Source: Dehalococcoidia bacterium
GTDB lineage: Bacteria; Chloroflexota; Dehalococcoidia; Lucifugimonadales; Lucifugimonadaceae
Assembly (NCBI GenBank): GCA_965116365.1
Contig: OZ220682.1
Location: 2,008,001-2,072,000, forward strand
Reading direction: 5' to 3'
Length of the DNA: 64,000 nucleotides
The position numbers and the translations under genes were made by a program. Positions 22,737 through 32,123 of this stretch are shown here, one piece after another. Positions within the stretch are counted from its first letter, which is position 1; every line of letters begins with the position of its first letter. Below the pieces are notes generated by a model. It was not told the DNA's origin and searched no databases. It saw only the letters and a program-made list of their open reading frames with translations.

Positions 22737-25445
22737 CTATCCCTTCGTTTTAGCAACTGAATTGGTAAGTGATTCGACCACTGATCTAGTATTTCTCAAC
22801 GCCTCGTCTATGCGAGACGGATCGCGGGCGCCGGCCTGCGCCGCGTCGGGCCGTCCGCCGCCGCCGCCGCCGATGGTGGCGCTTATGCCCTTGGCAATGT
22901 TGCCAGCGTGGACTACTTTGCCAGCGATATCAGAGGTGGCCATCACAATGATGACTGGGCGTTCACCGACAACGCTGCCGAGAACGACGACTCCGCTGCC
23001 GAGACGGTCGCGCATGTGGTCGCCGGTGCGACGCATGGCATCAACGCTCGATGCGGAGATGGTCTTGACTTCCACAGGGATATTCCTGCCATTGACTTCT
23101 ATAAGAAAGTCATAACCTTGGTCAGCGTTTTTTGATCCACCAACTTCATTAATGAGGAGCTGCTCTTCAAGCTGTGTCGCCCGTCTCCGAGTGGATTCCA
23201 ACTCGGCTAACAACGCTTCGGTACGGTCAAGCACGTGATCGTCGTCTACTCGAAGCGTTGCGGCTACGCGGTCTACAATACCGAAACGCCGTTGGACTTC
23301 TTCCTCCGCACCGATGCCGGTAAGGGCTTCGATGCGCCGTATGCCGGAACCGATTCCGGACTGTCCGACGATTACGAATATGCCGATGCCTCCCGTGGCG
23401 TCCATGTGGGTACCCCCGCACAGCTCGTAGCTCCACGGGGCATCGATCTTGATGGTGCGGACATCGTGTTCGTAGGTATCGCCGAAGAAGGCAAGTGCCC
23501 CTTCTTCAACTGCCTTGCCGTAGGTGGTCCAATGGACTTCGACGGGCAGATTCTCGCGGATGGCGAGGTTGACGCGGTCTTGAACTTTGATGATCTCCTC
23601 GGGCGTCAGCGCGTCCATGTGGGTGAAGTCGAAGCGGAGGTAGTCGGGTGCAACGAGCGATCCGGATTGACGGACGTGCGTTCCGAGGACCTCGCGCAAC
23701 GCGGCGTGAACGAGATGGGTCGCGGTATGATTGCGGCGGATTTTTTCGCGACGGTCGCCATCGACTTCGACAGTCAGGACATCTCCAACGGAGACATTAC
23801 CACTCTCGATCTCACATGAATGGACGTTGAGGTGCCCATAGGGAGCTTGACAGTCGTTTACGCGAATCGAAGTTGCACTGTTTCGCATGTGGCCGGTGTC
23901 GCCGATCTGACCGCCGCGCGCGGCGTAGAACGGCGTTTCAGCGAGCACGATCTCGACATTTTCGCCTTTCGTCGCCTCGTTCAAGAGCTGGCTGTCTTGG
24001 ACAATGCCGATGACCTCAGCATCGGCGGTCAACGTCCGGTAGCCGAGGAAGGGAACCTCTTCGATTCCGAAGGAGCGGTAGAGATCGTCGGCACCAGTGT
24101 CGGATGAGAACATGCTGGCCGAGGCGCGGGAACGTGCACGTAGCGCCTCCATCTCAGCGTTAACGGCTTCTATGTCCACTTCTATGCCCTGCTCAGACGA
24201 GATTTCAGCGGTCATCTCGATCGGAAAGCCGTATGTGTCGTATAGCCGAACTACAGACTCACTGGGGACGTTGGAATCGCTAGAAGATTTGGATTCGGCG
24301 ATAACCTCGTCAAGCATTCGGGAACCTTGGTCGAGGGTCGACTCGAACGATTCCTCTTCGCGTTGCAAGACGTGCTGCACGAAGGATAGGTTGCTATTTA
24401 GCTCGGGGTAAACATGCGACATCTGTGAAGAGGTCGCTTCGGCGATCTGGGGAAGTATCGGTCCAGACAGTCCGAGTTCGCGCCCGAAGAGCATACCGCG
24501 ACGAATGACGCGTCGGAGGACGTATCCCCTGCCCGTGTTGCCGGGAACAACGCCGTCGGAGATAAGGAACGATGCCGAACGTCCATGCTCGGCTACAACG
24601 CGGATGGCGCGGTCGATCTCTTCGTCATCGCCGTAGGTCAGGCCAGCGCGATTGGCAACTAGGTCGATCAAGGGACCGAAGATGTCGGTTTCGTAAACGT
24701 TGTTTTTCCCCTGGAGGATCTGTACCGTCCGCTCCAACCCCATTCCGGTGTCGATGTTCTTCTTCGGCAGCAGTTCGTCGTTGCCCTGGCGGTCACGGTA
24801 GTACTGAGTGAAAACGAGGTTGTAGAACTCTAGGAAGTCGTCGGAGATGCCCGGGCCCCAAGTTGCTCCGCGGGCGGGAGAGTCGATGGGCGGGATATCG
24901 TCGAGGTCGCCGAGGTAGTAGTTGAGTTCGCTGCAGGGGCCGCATGCGCCTTCGTCACCGGCGGGCCCCCACCAGTTATCTTCATCGCCGAGGCGCGAGA
25001 TGCGATCGGGGGGAACACCGAGATCGAGCCAGATCTGGTTTGCTTCGTCGTCGTTGGTGTAGATGGTGGCGTAGATGCGTTCAAAATCCATGCCATAGAC
25101 GCCAAGGCAAAGTTCGAGCGCCCATTTGCACGATTCGGCTTTGAAGTAGTCGCCAAATGAGAAGTTTCCGAGCATCTCGAACAGGGTGAGATGGGAGACG
25201 TCGCCGACCTCTTCGATGTCAGTCGTGCGGAAACTCTTTTGGGCCGTGGTTATGCGCAGCGACGGTGGTGTCAACTCGCCCGAGAAGTAGGGTTTGAACG
25301 GCACCATTCCCGCGGTTGTGAGAAGAAGAGTGGGGTCGCCCGCGGGTATTAGCGACGCGGATGGCAGACGCAAGTGTTCACGTTCCTCGAAGAATTTAAG
25401 GAAATGTTCGCGGATTTCGTCGGCGGTGAATGTTTGGTCAGGCAT
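22737..25445 (-). CDS. alaS: Alanine--tRNA ligase
   Basis: 902 aa. FLKFFEEREHLRLPSASLIP..DPTLLLTTAGMVPFKPYF, the editing-domain motif HTATHLVHAALR, and a C-terminal DHHA1-like GGGGGRPD. Confidence 0.96.
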   Translation of the reverse strand: MPDQTFTADEIREHFLKFFEEREHLRLPSASLIPAGDPTLLLTTAGMVPFKPYFSGELTPPSLRITTAQKSFRTTDIEEVGDVSHLTLFEMLGNFSFGDYFKAESCKWALELCLGVYGMDFERIYATIYTNDDEANQIWLDLGVPPDRISRLGDEDNWWGPAGDEGACGPCSELNYYLGDLDDIPPIDSPARGATWGPGISDDFLEFYNLVFTQYYRDRQGNDELLPKKNIDTGMGLERTVQILQGKNNVYETDIFGPLIDLVANRAGLTYGDDEEIDRAIRVVAEHGRSASFLISDGVVPGNTGRGYVLRRVIRRGMLFGRELGLSGPILPQIAEATSSQMSHVYPELNSNLSFVQHVLQREEESFESTLDQGSRMLDEVIAESKSSSDSNVPSESVVRLYDTYGFPIEMTAEISSEQGIEVDIEAVNAEMEALRARSRASASMFSSDTGADDLYRSFGIEEVPFLGYRTLTADAEVIGIVQDSQLLNEATKGENVEIVLAETPFYAARGGQIGDTGHMRNSATSIRVNDCQAPYGHLNVHSCEIESGNVSVGDVLTVEVDGDRREKIRRNHTATHLVHAALREVLGTHVRQSGSLVAPDYLRFDFTHMDALTPEEIIKVQDRVNLAIRENLPVEVHWTTYGKAVEEGALAFFGDTYEHDVRTIKIDAPWSYELCGGTHMDATGGIGIFVIVGQSGIGSGIRRIEALTGIGAEEEVQRRFGIVDRVAATLRVDDDHVLDRTEALLAELESTRRRATQLEEQLLINEVGGSKNADQGYDFLIEVNGRNIPVEVKTISASSVDAMRRTGDHMRDRLGSGVVVLGSVVGERPVIIVMATSDIAGKVVHAGNIAKGISATIGGGGGGRPDAAQAGARDPSRIDEALRNTRSVVESLTNSVAKTKG

Positions 25446-25561
25446 CGTGCAGGCAGAATCGGGAGTCTTGACATATCAATTTTAAGCGTTGAGCCTTTCG
25501 GGTCTTTCGCCGGTGCTCGAAAAACTGAGAGAAAATGTATCCTGTGGGATACGATTGTGTT

Positions 25562-25852
25562 ATGATTGAGGTAAGAGAGACACCGACATTCACGCGATGG
25601 TTCGGGAAGTTGCGGGATCGTAATGCTCGATCTCGTATCGACGTTAGGATCTACCGGCTTTCGCTGGGCAATCCCGGCGATGTGAAATCGGTTGGCAAAG
25701 GAGTCTCGGAGATGCGGATACGATACGGGCCTGGATACCGTATCTATTTCTGCGAACGCGGGCGGGAGGTAGTGATCCTGCTTGCAGGTGGGGACAAAAG
25801 CTCGCAATCTCGAGACATCAGAACCGCACAAGAACTGGCTGAACGGGTTTGA
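25562..25852 (+). CDS. RelE/ParE-superfamily (HigB-like, addiction module killer) toxin
   Basis: MIEVRETPTFTRWFGKLRD.NAR.RI..RI.RL..GNPGDVKSVG.GVSEMRI.YGPGYRIYF..RG.EVVILLAGGDKS.Q..DI matches the TIGR02683-type killer protein. The ATG at 25562 was used. Confidence 0.8.
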   Translation: MIEVRETPTFTRWFGKLRDRNARSRIDVRIYRLSLGNPGDVKSVGKGVSEMRIRYGPGYRIYFCERGREVVILLAGGDKSSQSRDIRTAQELAERV

Positions 25853-25875
25853 TTCAACAATCAGGAACTGCTGAA

Positions 25876-26238
25876 ATGACAAAGGTAGCAACAAAACGAT
25901 GGGATCCGGCTGAGCATATCCGAGACGATGCCGACATTGCCGCTTATATTGAAGCGGCCTTGGAAGACGGCGATCATCGCGTGCTCGCCGCGGTGTTGGG
26001 AGATATCGCGCGTGCCAAGGGCATGACGCAGGTAGCGAGGGATACCGGACTAGGACGCGAGAGCCTCTACAAGTCGCTGTCGCCGGACGGGAACCCGGAA
26101 TTTTCGACAGTGCTACGAGTTTTGAAGGCGCTTGGGATCAGGCTGCGGGCAACGGTTGTCGACGACACTCAATCAGACAATTGGGCCGGGGCTACCGCAT
26201 CGGTATTGGCGGACGAAGGTGAAAGGTTCGGCGAGTGA
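25876..26238 (+). CDS. HTH antitoxin (HigA-like, addiction module antidote protein)
   Basis: WDPAEHIRDDADIAAYIEAALEDGD......LGDIARAKGMTQVARDTGL.RESLYKSLS.DGNPEF.TVL.VLKALG..L is the cognate antidote family. It sits 24 nt after the toxin stop. Confidence 0.8.
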   Translation: MTKVATKRWDPAEHIRDDADIAAYIEAALEDGDHRVLAAVLGDIARAKGMTQVARDTGLGRESLYKSLSPDGNPEFSTVLRVLKALGIRLRATVVDDTQSDNWAGATASVLADEGERFGE

Positions 26239-26273
26239 TGGTGGTGCGCGGGATTAGAATCGTCTGTATGTGC

Positions 26274-26350
26274 GGGCCTGTAGCTCAGTTCGGCAGAGCA
26301 GCGGACTTTTAATCCGAAGGTCGTGGGTTCGAATCCCACCGGGCCCACCA
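26274..26350 (+). tRNA. tRNA-Lys (anticodon UUU), CCA encoded
   Basis: Manual cloverleaf: acceptor GGGCCUG/CGGGCCC, D arm GCUC-AGUUCGGCA-GAGC, anticodon arm GCGGA-CUUUUAA-UCCGA (one G-A mismatch at the top pair), variable loop AGGUC, T arm GUGGG-UUCGAAU-CCCAC, discriminator A, then CCA. Confidence 0.9.
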
Positions 26351-26363
26351 GTTTCCGGTCAAA

Positions 26364-27509
26364 TTAACGCCAACTGGCCAACCATCCGGCGTATAGAGTC
26401 TCGCACGTCCCTCCGAAACGTACGGCCAAACTCTCTGTGAACGCAGTTCCTTGGCGGACATCATCGATCAACGCTAACAACCTTTGGTGACCGTGGTCAC
26501 GCTTCAGGTAACGAACGAATTCCATCGAAGTGCGATAAAACATCCTGATTTCAGAATGAGACCCGACAAACCTGAAATGGCAGAATTCTTCCGGTCTCAT
26601 CAAGTCGTGTCGCTTGCGCCAAACAATTGAACGATTCACGATCCTGTAGATCCTCTTTTGGTGACTTTCGTTTTCATAAATCTGAGCAAGTCCCTCGTGA
26701 AACCATAGGGGCACCGAATAGAACGCGGTTCGTCCGATCGTGTGACACAACATCGCGTGCGCCATCTCATGCACTGGGATCTGAGTGAAATCGTTCTCAG
26801 CCAGCGGATCAATCGCTTCTTCGAGTGGCACAAAGACAACGGCACCATCGGGGTCGCAGACCATTGATCCTCCGGACAACTGGCGTCCAGTACTGACGTG
26901 ATAGTCATTCAGGGTTTCGAAAATATGGAGTTCGATTGGCGTCTTGAAACGCATTGCTGGCATCTCGGAACTGAGTCTGTCGCGAGCCCATTCGAATTCG
27001 GCCAACGTTCTGTCAAACCTCGAATTGTCCAGGTCGTCACCGTAGGTTGTCACATTGAAATGTCGAAGTGCCGCATCGGCTGCTGCGCTGATACGCGAAC
27101 GCTCCAACCGGTCTGTGCCGATAAGGAATCCGATCACGACGAGCAATGCACAGATTGCAATCACCGCGTTCAGTTTCGCAGACGTTTCGGGCCAGTTAAG
27201 GCGGCTGAAGGCGTGCCTCAATGGCTTCCTCAACATCGCGAACAGACTCATTGGCACCGCGGCGGCGATCGTTGCCGCGGCGATCGACGCTACCGCAGTT
27301 GATCTGAAATCATGACTTAGAGGAACGTAATCGACAGTCAAAATCAAGAAAAACAGGCAGAAGAATAGAAAGGCCATGAACCATTGCTTGGCGAATTCCG
27401 CCCATCTGGGACGAACTCCGTCACAAATCTTCGATGCATGGTGCCAGAAATCCAACTGATTTGCGCCGATCATTTGACGAACGGAATGAAGAACCTTCGA
27501 AACCACCAC
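26364..27509 (-). CDS. Membrane-anchored MA-clan zinc metallopeptidase-like protein (HExxH)
   Basis: Three predicted TM helices in the N-terminal 140 aa, then IPVHEMAHAML and 22 residues later WFHEGLAQIYE (HExxH...E, Peptidase_MA_2-like). Three sampled lines give 38-48% GC, below background. The start could be the GTG at 27509 or the ATG at 27473. Confidence 0.6.
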   Translation of the reverse strand: MVVSKVLHSVRQMIGANQLDFWHHASKICDGVRPRWAEFAKQWFMAFLFFCLFFLILTVDYVPLSHDFRSTAVASIAAATIAAAVPMSLFAMLRKPLRHAFSRLNWPETSAKLNAVIAICALLVVIGFLIGTDRLERSRISAAADAALRHFNVTTYGDDLDNSRFDRTLAEFEWARDRLSSEMPAMRFKTPIELHIFETLNDYHVSTGRQLSGGSMVCDPDGAVVFVPLEEAIDPLAENDFTQIPVHEMAHAMLCHTIGRTAFYSVPLWFHEGLAQIYENESHQKRIYRIVNRSIVWRKRHDLMRPEEFCHFRFVGSHSEIRMFYRTSMEFVRYLKRDHGHQRLLALIDDVRQGTAFTESLAVRFGGTCETLYAGWLASWR

Positions 27510-27609
27510 TCTCGTCTAATATGCTTTGGATGGACTCCGCCCAGTTCATCAGATTCCGTGCTAAAACCCATACCTTGATAATTTAAATCGCCGCGCGTAC
27601 CGTTGAGAC

Positions 27610-30600
27610 ATGGCTCTTAGCCGGTCAAAAGCCGTCGCGGCGTCCGAAACTTACTTCAACCACCTGCGCTTGATCCGTGCATCTGGTGGCGGAACCGATG
27701 AGCGTTCCTACTATACCCCGTTGACAAACCTTCTCAATGCGGTCGGAGATTCGTTACGCCCCAAAGTCTTTTGCGTCGACGAACTCGCCGAGCAAGGTGC
27801 GGGTCACCCTGACCTCGGACTATACGCTGCCATCCAGCTGCAACGCCGCCGTCCTAAGCAGGGGCAAATTCCAGAACGCGGTGTCGTTGAGGTGAAACCG
27901 TCCCACGACGACGCTTGGTTGACCGTCGATACCGACCAAGTGAGTCGGTACTGGGATCGTTACCGCTTGGTCCTAGTAACGAACACGCGCGACTTTGTTT
28001 TGCTTGGCGAGAATTCAGAAGGTAGACCGACCAAGTTGGAGACTTTCCAGACGGCTCAATCCTCAGAGGAATTCGAAGAACTTCTCCGAACGCCTCAAGC
28101 ATTTGCCAACAAAGTCGGTGTGCGGCTCGGAGAGTACTTAAGCAGGATTCTTTCTCATCAAGCATCGCTCGCGGAACCTCGGGATTTGGCGTGGTTTTTG
28201 GCTTCATACGCGAGAGATGGTTTGTCGCGTGTTGAGGCAGCAGGAGACGTTCCCTCGCTCGAGTCTCTACGGTCGGCATTGGAAAACGCGCTCGGCATTC
28301 GTTTCGAAGGCGAACGGGGAGCGGCATTCTTCCATTCCACATTGGTGCAGACGCTCTTTTACGGTGTTTTCTCGGCGTGGGTCCTTTGGGCCCGGAGCGC
28401 ACCGGCCCAATCCGGATCATTCAATTGGCGTGAGGCTGTTTGGCATCTCCGAGTCCCCGTATTGAAAGAGCTATTCCACCAATTGGCAAACCCCAATCAG
28501 TTGCAGCCGTTGGGACTGGTCGAACTGTTGAATTGGACGTCGGCGGCATTGGATCGAGTCGACACCAAGGAATTCTTCGACCGCTTTAACGAAGAAGATG
28601 CGGTAGCGTATTTTTACGAACCGTTCCTCCAAGAGTTCGATCCCAAACTACGTAAAGCACTCGGTGCGTGGTACACCCCAACCGAAATCGTTCGTTACAT
28701 GGTGGCACGCGTTGACCGCTCGCTTAAAGACGATTTAGGAATCACAGCAGGCCTCGCTGGTGAAAACGTATACGTCCTTGATCCTTGCTGCGGCACGGGT
28801 GCGTACATCGTCGAAGTTTTGCGTCGCATTAATGTGAATTTGGAGGAACAGAATCTCGGCGCCCTCATCGGATCGCGATTGAGAGAAGCCGCGACTGAGC
28901 GCGTGTTTGGGTTTGAGATCATGCCCGCTCCGTTTGTAGTAGCGCACCTGCAATCCGGGCTCGCTTTGGACTCGCTTGGCGCACCACTTGGTGAAAACAC
29001 AGAATTACGCCCGGGCATCTATCTAACTAATGCGTTGACGGGATGGGAGGTTCGGACTCAGGATCCATTGCCGTTCAACGAGTTGCAAGAAGAGCGGGAT
29101 CGTGCTCTGCGTGTGAAACACAATGTTCCGGTTCTCGTGATACTAGGTAATCCTCCTTACAACGGTTTCGCCGGCGTGGCGATCGATGAAGAACATCGTC
29201 AACTCGAAACCTACAGAACCACCAAAAACGCACCGCTACCCGATACAAGAGGATTAAACGATCTATACGTGCGTTTTTTCCGCGTCGCCGAACAGCGTAT
29301 CGCGGAGAAGACGGGTCGAGGAATTGTCTGCTTCATATCCAACTACTCGTGGCTCGATGGCAGGTCATTCGCAGGTATGAGGGAACGTTACCTCGAGCAA
29401 TTCGACTCGATACGAATCGACAATCTGCACGGCGACCGAATCGTGTCCGAGTACGCACCGGATGGAAAACCGAGCGAAACCATTTTCGCCATCAAAGGAA
29501 AATCCCCTGGCATCAAAGTTGGCACCACGATCGCGCTCCTTTCAAAATCAGGAGGAGTGATTCCAGGGACGGATAGCACAATCAAATACCGCGATTTCAA
29601 TGAAGCCAAGGCAGAAGACCGAAGGCAAGGTTTGTTAGATAGTCTCGACGGGTCAGAAGCTGACTCGGGATACATCTCCATTAAACCCGAAACGAAACTT
29701 GGGCTACCGTTCAAACCGATGAAGTTTGACCCCGATTGGCATCATTGGCCAGCTATCACCGAACTTTTCCCGGTCCAATTCTCGGGAGTGAATACCAATC
29801 GAGACGGATTCGTTGTTGATTTCGAACTATCTACTTTAAGGACGAGGATCACCGAATACTTCAATCCCGAACTTGATCACGACGAGGTCGCAGAACGATA
29901 TCCGGTTTCAATGGGAACTAGAGCGCGGTTCAATCCACGCGATGTACGGGAAACATTACTTCGGCGCGGCGGACCCGTCCAATCAGGATTCATACGTTAC
30001 TCCTACCGGCCGTTTGATACCCGTTGGCTCTATTGGGAGGCCGACACCAAGCTTCTGAACGAAAAACGTCCCGACTACGTGCCACACGTTTTTGAAGGGA
30101 ACCTTTGGCTATCTGCTGTTCCGCACCTCAGGAAAGACATGGAACATCCTCAAGCGTACGCCACTTCGCATGCGGCATGTCTGCATTTGATCGAACGTGG
30201 GGCAAATATGTTCCCAATGCTTCTTCGACAGGAGGGGTTCAATTTCGATGGTAATGACTCGGGTGTTCTTGCCAACCTCTCTCCCGACGCGGAACGCTAC
30301 CTCGCGAGGTTAGAGCTGGGAGTCGAGGATCTGTTTCATTACGTTCTCGCGGTACTACATGATCCGACTTACCTCTCCGAAAATGCAGGTGCCTTGCAAA
30401 TGAGTTGGCCACGGATACCCATTCCCGGATGGCCGGACGGGAGTGGCGCGGATATTGTAAGCAAAGTAACTGCGTCTTCAGATCGCGGAAAACTATTGGC
30501 TAGCTTGCTCGATTCCGATGCGCCAGTTCCGGGTGTGACAACCGGCGAACTGCGAACAGGATTGGCCCAACTCGCGATACCGACAAAATCTGACGGCACC

Positions 30601-30975
30601 AACATGGTTGGTCATGATTTCAAAGTCACTGCTAACTGGGGTTACTTCGGATCCGGTCAAGCCATCATGCCTGGCCAAGGAAAAACCGTCGAGCGATCCT
30701 ACTCAACTCGCGAAAATGATGCGGCGTCTGAAATTGTCGGCGCTCTTGGAAAAGACGCGGTCGACGTTTACTTGAACGACAAAACATACTGGCGAAACGT
30801 TCCTTCTGCGGTTTGGGAATACAAGCTTGGAGGCTACCAAGTGCTCAAGAAATGGCTCTCTTACCGCGAATTCAAAGTTTTGGGTCGAGCACTCACGCCT
30901 GACGAGGTACAGCACTTCACCGAGACAACTCGACGTATCGCAGCGATAATCGAACTGACGCATCGGTCGTCATAG
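27610..30975 (+). CDS. Single-polypeptide restriction-modification enzyme candidate (N-terminal PD-ExK motif, gamma-class N6-adenine methyltransferase, large C-terminal specificity region; type IIG/IIL-like)
   Basis: HPD (D68) ... VVEVK (E94, K96) at nt ~27808-27897. AdoMet motif VLDPCCGTGAY at ~28774-28806. Catalytic NPPY at 29149-29160. About 600 aa lie C-terminal to NPPY. No helicase motifs were seen. Confidence 0.7.
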   Translation: MALSRSKAVAASETYFNHLRLIRASGGGTDERSYYTPLTNLLNAVGDSLRPKVFCVDELAEQGAGHPDLGLYAAIQLQRRRPKQGQIPERGVVEVKPSHDDAWLTVDTDQVSRYWDRYRLVLVTNTRDFVLLGENSEGRPTKLETFQTAQSSEEFEELLRTPQAFANKVGVRLGEYLSRILSHQASLAEPRDLAWFLASYARDGLSRVEAAGDVPSLESLRSALENALGIRFEGERGAAFFHSTLVQTLFYGVFSAWVLWARSAPAQSGSFNWREAVWHLRVPVLKELFHQLANPNQLQPLGLVELLNWTSAALDRVDTKEFFDRFNEEDAVAYFYEPFLQEFDPKLRKALGAWYTPTEIVRYMVARVDRSLKDDLGITAGLAGENVYVLDPCCGTGAYIVEVLRRINVNLEEQNLGALIGSRLREAATERVFGFEIMPAPFVVAHLQSGLALDSLGAPLGENTELRPGIYLTNALTGWEVRTQDPLPFNELQEERDRALRVKHNVPVLVILGNPPYNGFAGVAIDEEHRQLETYRTTKNAPLPDTRGLNDLYVRFFRVAEQRIAEKTGRGIVCFISNYSWLDGRSFAGMRERYLEQFDSIRIDNLHGDRIVSEYAPDGKPSETIFAIKGKSPGIKVGTTIALLSKSGGVIPGTDSTIKYRDFNEAKAEDRRQGLLDSLDGSEADSGYISIKPETKLGLPFKPMKFDPDWHHWPAITELFPVQFSGVNTNRDGFVVDFELSTLRTRITEYFNPELDHDEVAERYPVSMGTRARFNPRDVRETLLRRGGPVQSGFIRYSYRPFDTRWLYWEADTKLLNEKRPDYVPHVFEGNLWLSAVPHLRKDMEHPQAYATSHAACLHLIERGANMFPMLLRQEGFNFDGNDSGVLANLSPDAERYLARLELGVEDLFHYVLAVLHDPTYLSENAGALQMSWPRIPIPGWPDGSGADIVSKVTASSDRGKLLASLLDSDAPVPGVTTGELRTGLAQLAIPTKSDGTNMVGHDFKVTANWGYFGSGQAIMPGQGKTVERSYSTRENDAASEIVGALGKDAVDVYLNDKTYWRNVPSAVWEYKLGGYQVLKKWLSYREFKVLGRALTPDEVQHFTETTRRIAAIIELTHRSS

Positions 30976-31192
30976 TTACCGGCCAATTGCTGATCGTGTA
31001 CCAGTTCGGGGTTCGATACACGTGGATCGGGACGATGCTGAATGGGTCGCGGATGAGGAATTCCCTTCAATCTGCGACACCGACCACTCCGTAATACCCA
31101 ACCGTCGAATCTCAAGCCAGTTGATTTCGAAGGTGCTACTCTGATAATCGTCCATTCAGCCGACATCCAATGAATCGACAACGAGGATTCCT

Positions 31193-32071
31193 ATGCAGAA
31201 ACGAACTCTAGGTCGAACCGGACATGACAGCACGGTGGTTTCTTTTGGGACCTACGCAGTGGGATATGTCGACCAAGATGCGGCGGATCGGGCGATCCAA
31301 CTCGTTCTCGACGCTGGTGTGAACCACTTCGACATCGCACCGACGTATGGTCACGCGATGGAGCGAGTGGCCCCGTGGATGCCTGAAATCCGCAAGCAAG
31401 GGATATTTGTCGGAGCGAAGACGGCGGTTCGCGATCGGGAGGGTGCTTGGCGAGATGTCGAGAGCATCATGCAACGGATGAATTTCGAGGATTTCGACCT
31501 TTTCCAGCTTCATTCGGTGGGCAACATGGAACAGTTGGAACTTGCGACCGCCCCGGGCGGCTCTCTCGAAACCCTTGTGGAGATGCGTGAACAGGGTTTG
31601 ACGAGATGGCTCGGAATCACCGGTCATGGACCGGAAGTTCCGGCTACGATTCTCGAGGCATTGAAGCGATTCGACTTCGATACGGTGATGTTTCCGCTGA
31701 ACCCTGCCGCGGCTCGCGATCCGGAATACCGAAGGGTATCCGAAGCGCTTCTTGCAAAATGTGAAGAACGCGATATCGGGGTTCAAACAATAAAGATGAT
31801 CGCTCGTGGCGGCTGGGGGGACGGCGAGAAGCAAACAAACACTTGGTACGACCCGCATCGCGAACAGTCAGATATCGACGCTTCGCTGTGGTGGGTGCTC
31901 TCGCATGGCGTGCACACCGCGCCAAGTTGCGGCGAGATAAGCCTGTTGCCGAAGGTTCTGGATGCCGCGGAGCGTTTCAAACCGCTGTCTGAAGATCAGA
32001 TGCGAGCCGTCGAAGAGTCGCAACGCCCGCCTCTGCCCTTGCCTGATCTGGCCATTCCAGCGGCGGCTTGA
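31193..32071 (+). CDS. Aldo/keto reductase family oxidoreductase
   Basis: MQKRTLGRTGHDSTVVSFGTYAVG, then GVNHFDIAPTYGH and LGITGHG. Confidence 0.8.
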   Translation: MQKRTLGRTGHDSTVVSFGTYAVGYVDQDAADRAIQLVLDAGVNHFDIAPTYGHAMERVAPWMPEIRKQGIFVGAKTAVRDREGAWRDVESIMQRMNFEDFDLFQLHSVGNMEQLELATAPGGSLETLVEMREQGLTRWLGITGHGPEVPATILEALKRFDFDTVMFPLNPAAARDPEYRRVSEALLAKCEERDIGVQTIKMIARGGWGDGEKQTNTWYDPHREQSDIDASLWWVLSHGVHTAPSCGEISLLPKVLDAAERFKPLSEDQMRAVEESQRPPLPLPDLAIPAAA

Positions 32072-32123
32072 GGCGACGTTTGTATTCCAAGTCGGGTAAT
32101 CGACTCTGGTCCGAGTCCTGCCG

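Noticed and set aside
30991-31035. A possible att-type partial duplicate of the tRNA-Lys 3' end (cggggttcgatacacgtgg versus gtgggttcgaatcccaccggg) just after the RM-like gene.
   Set aside because: Only about 9 contiguous matching bases (GGGTTCGA plus scattered positions). This is too weak to call an island boundary without comparative data.
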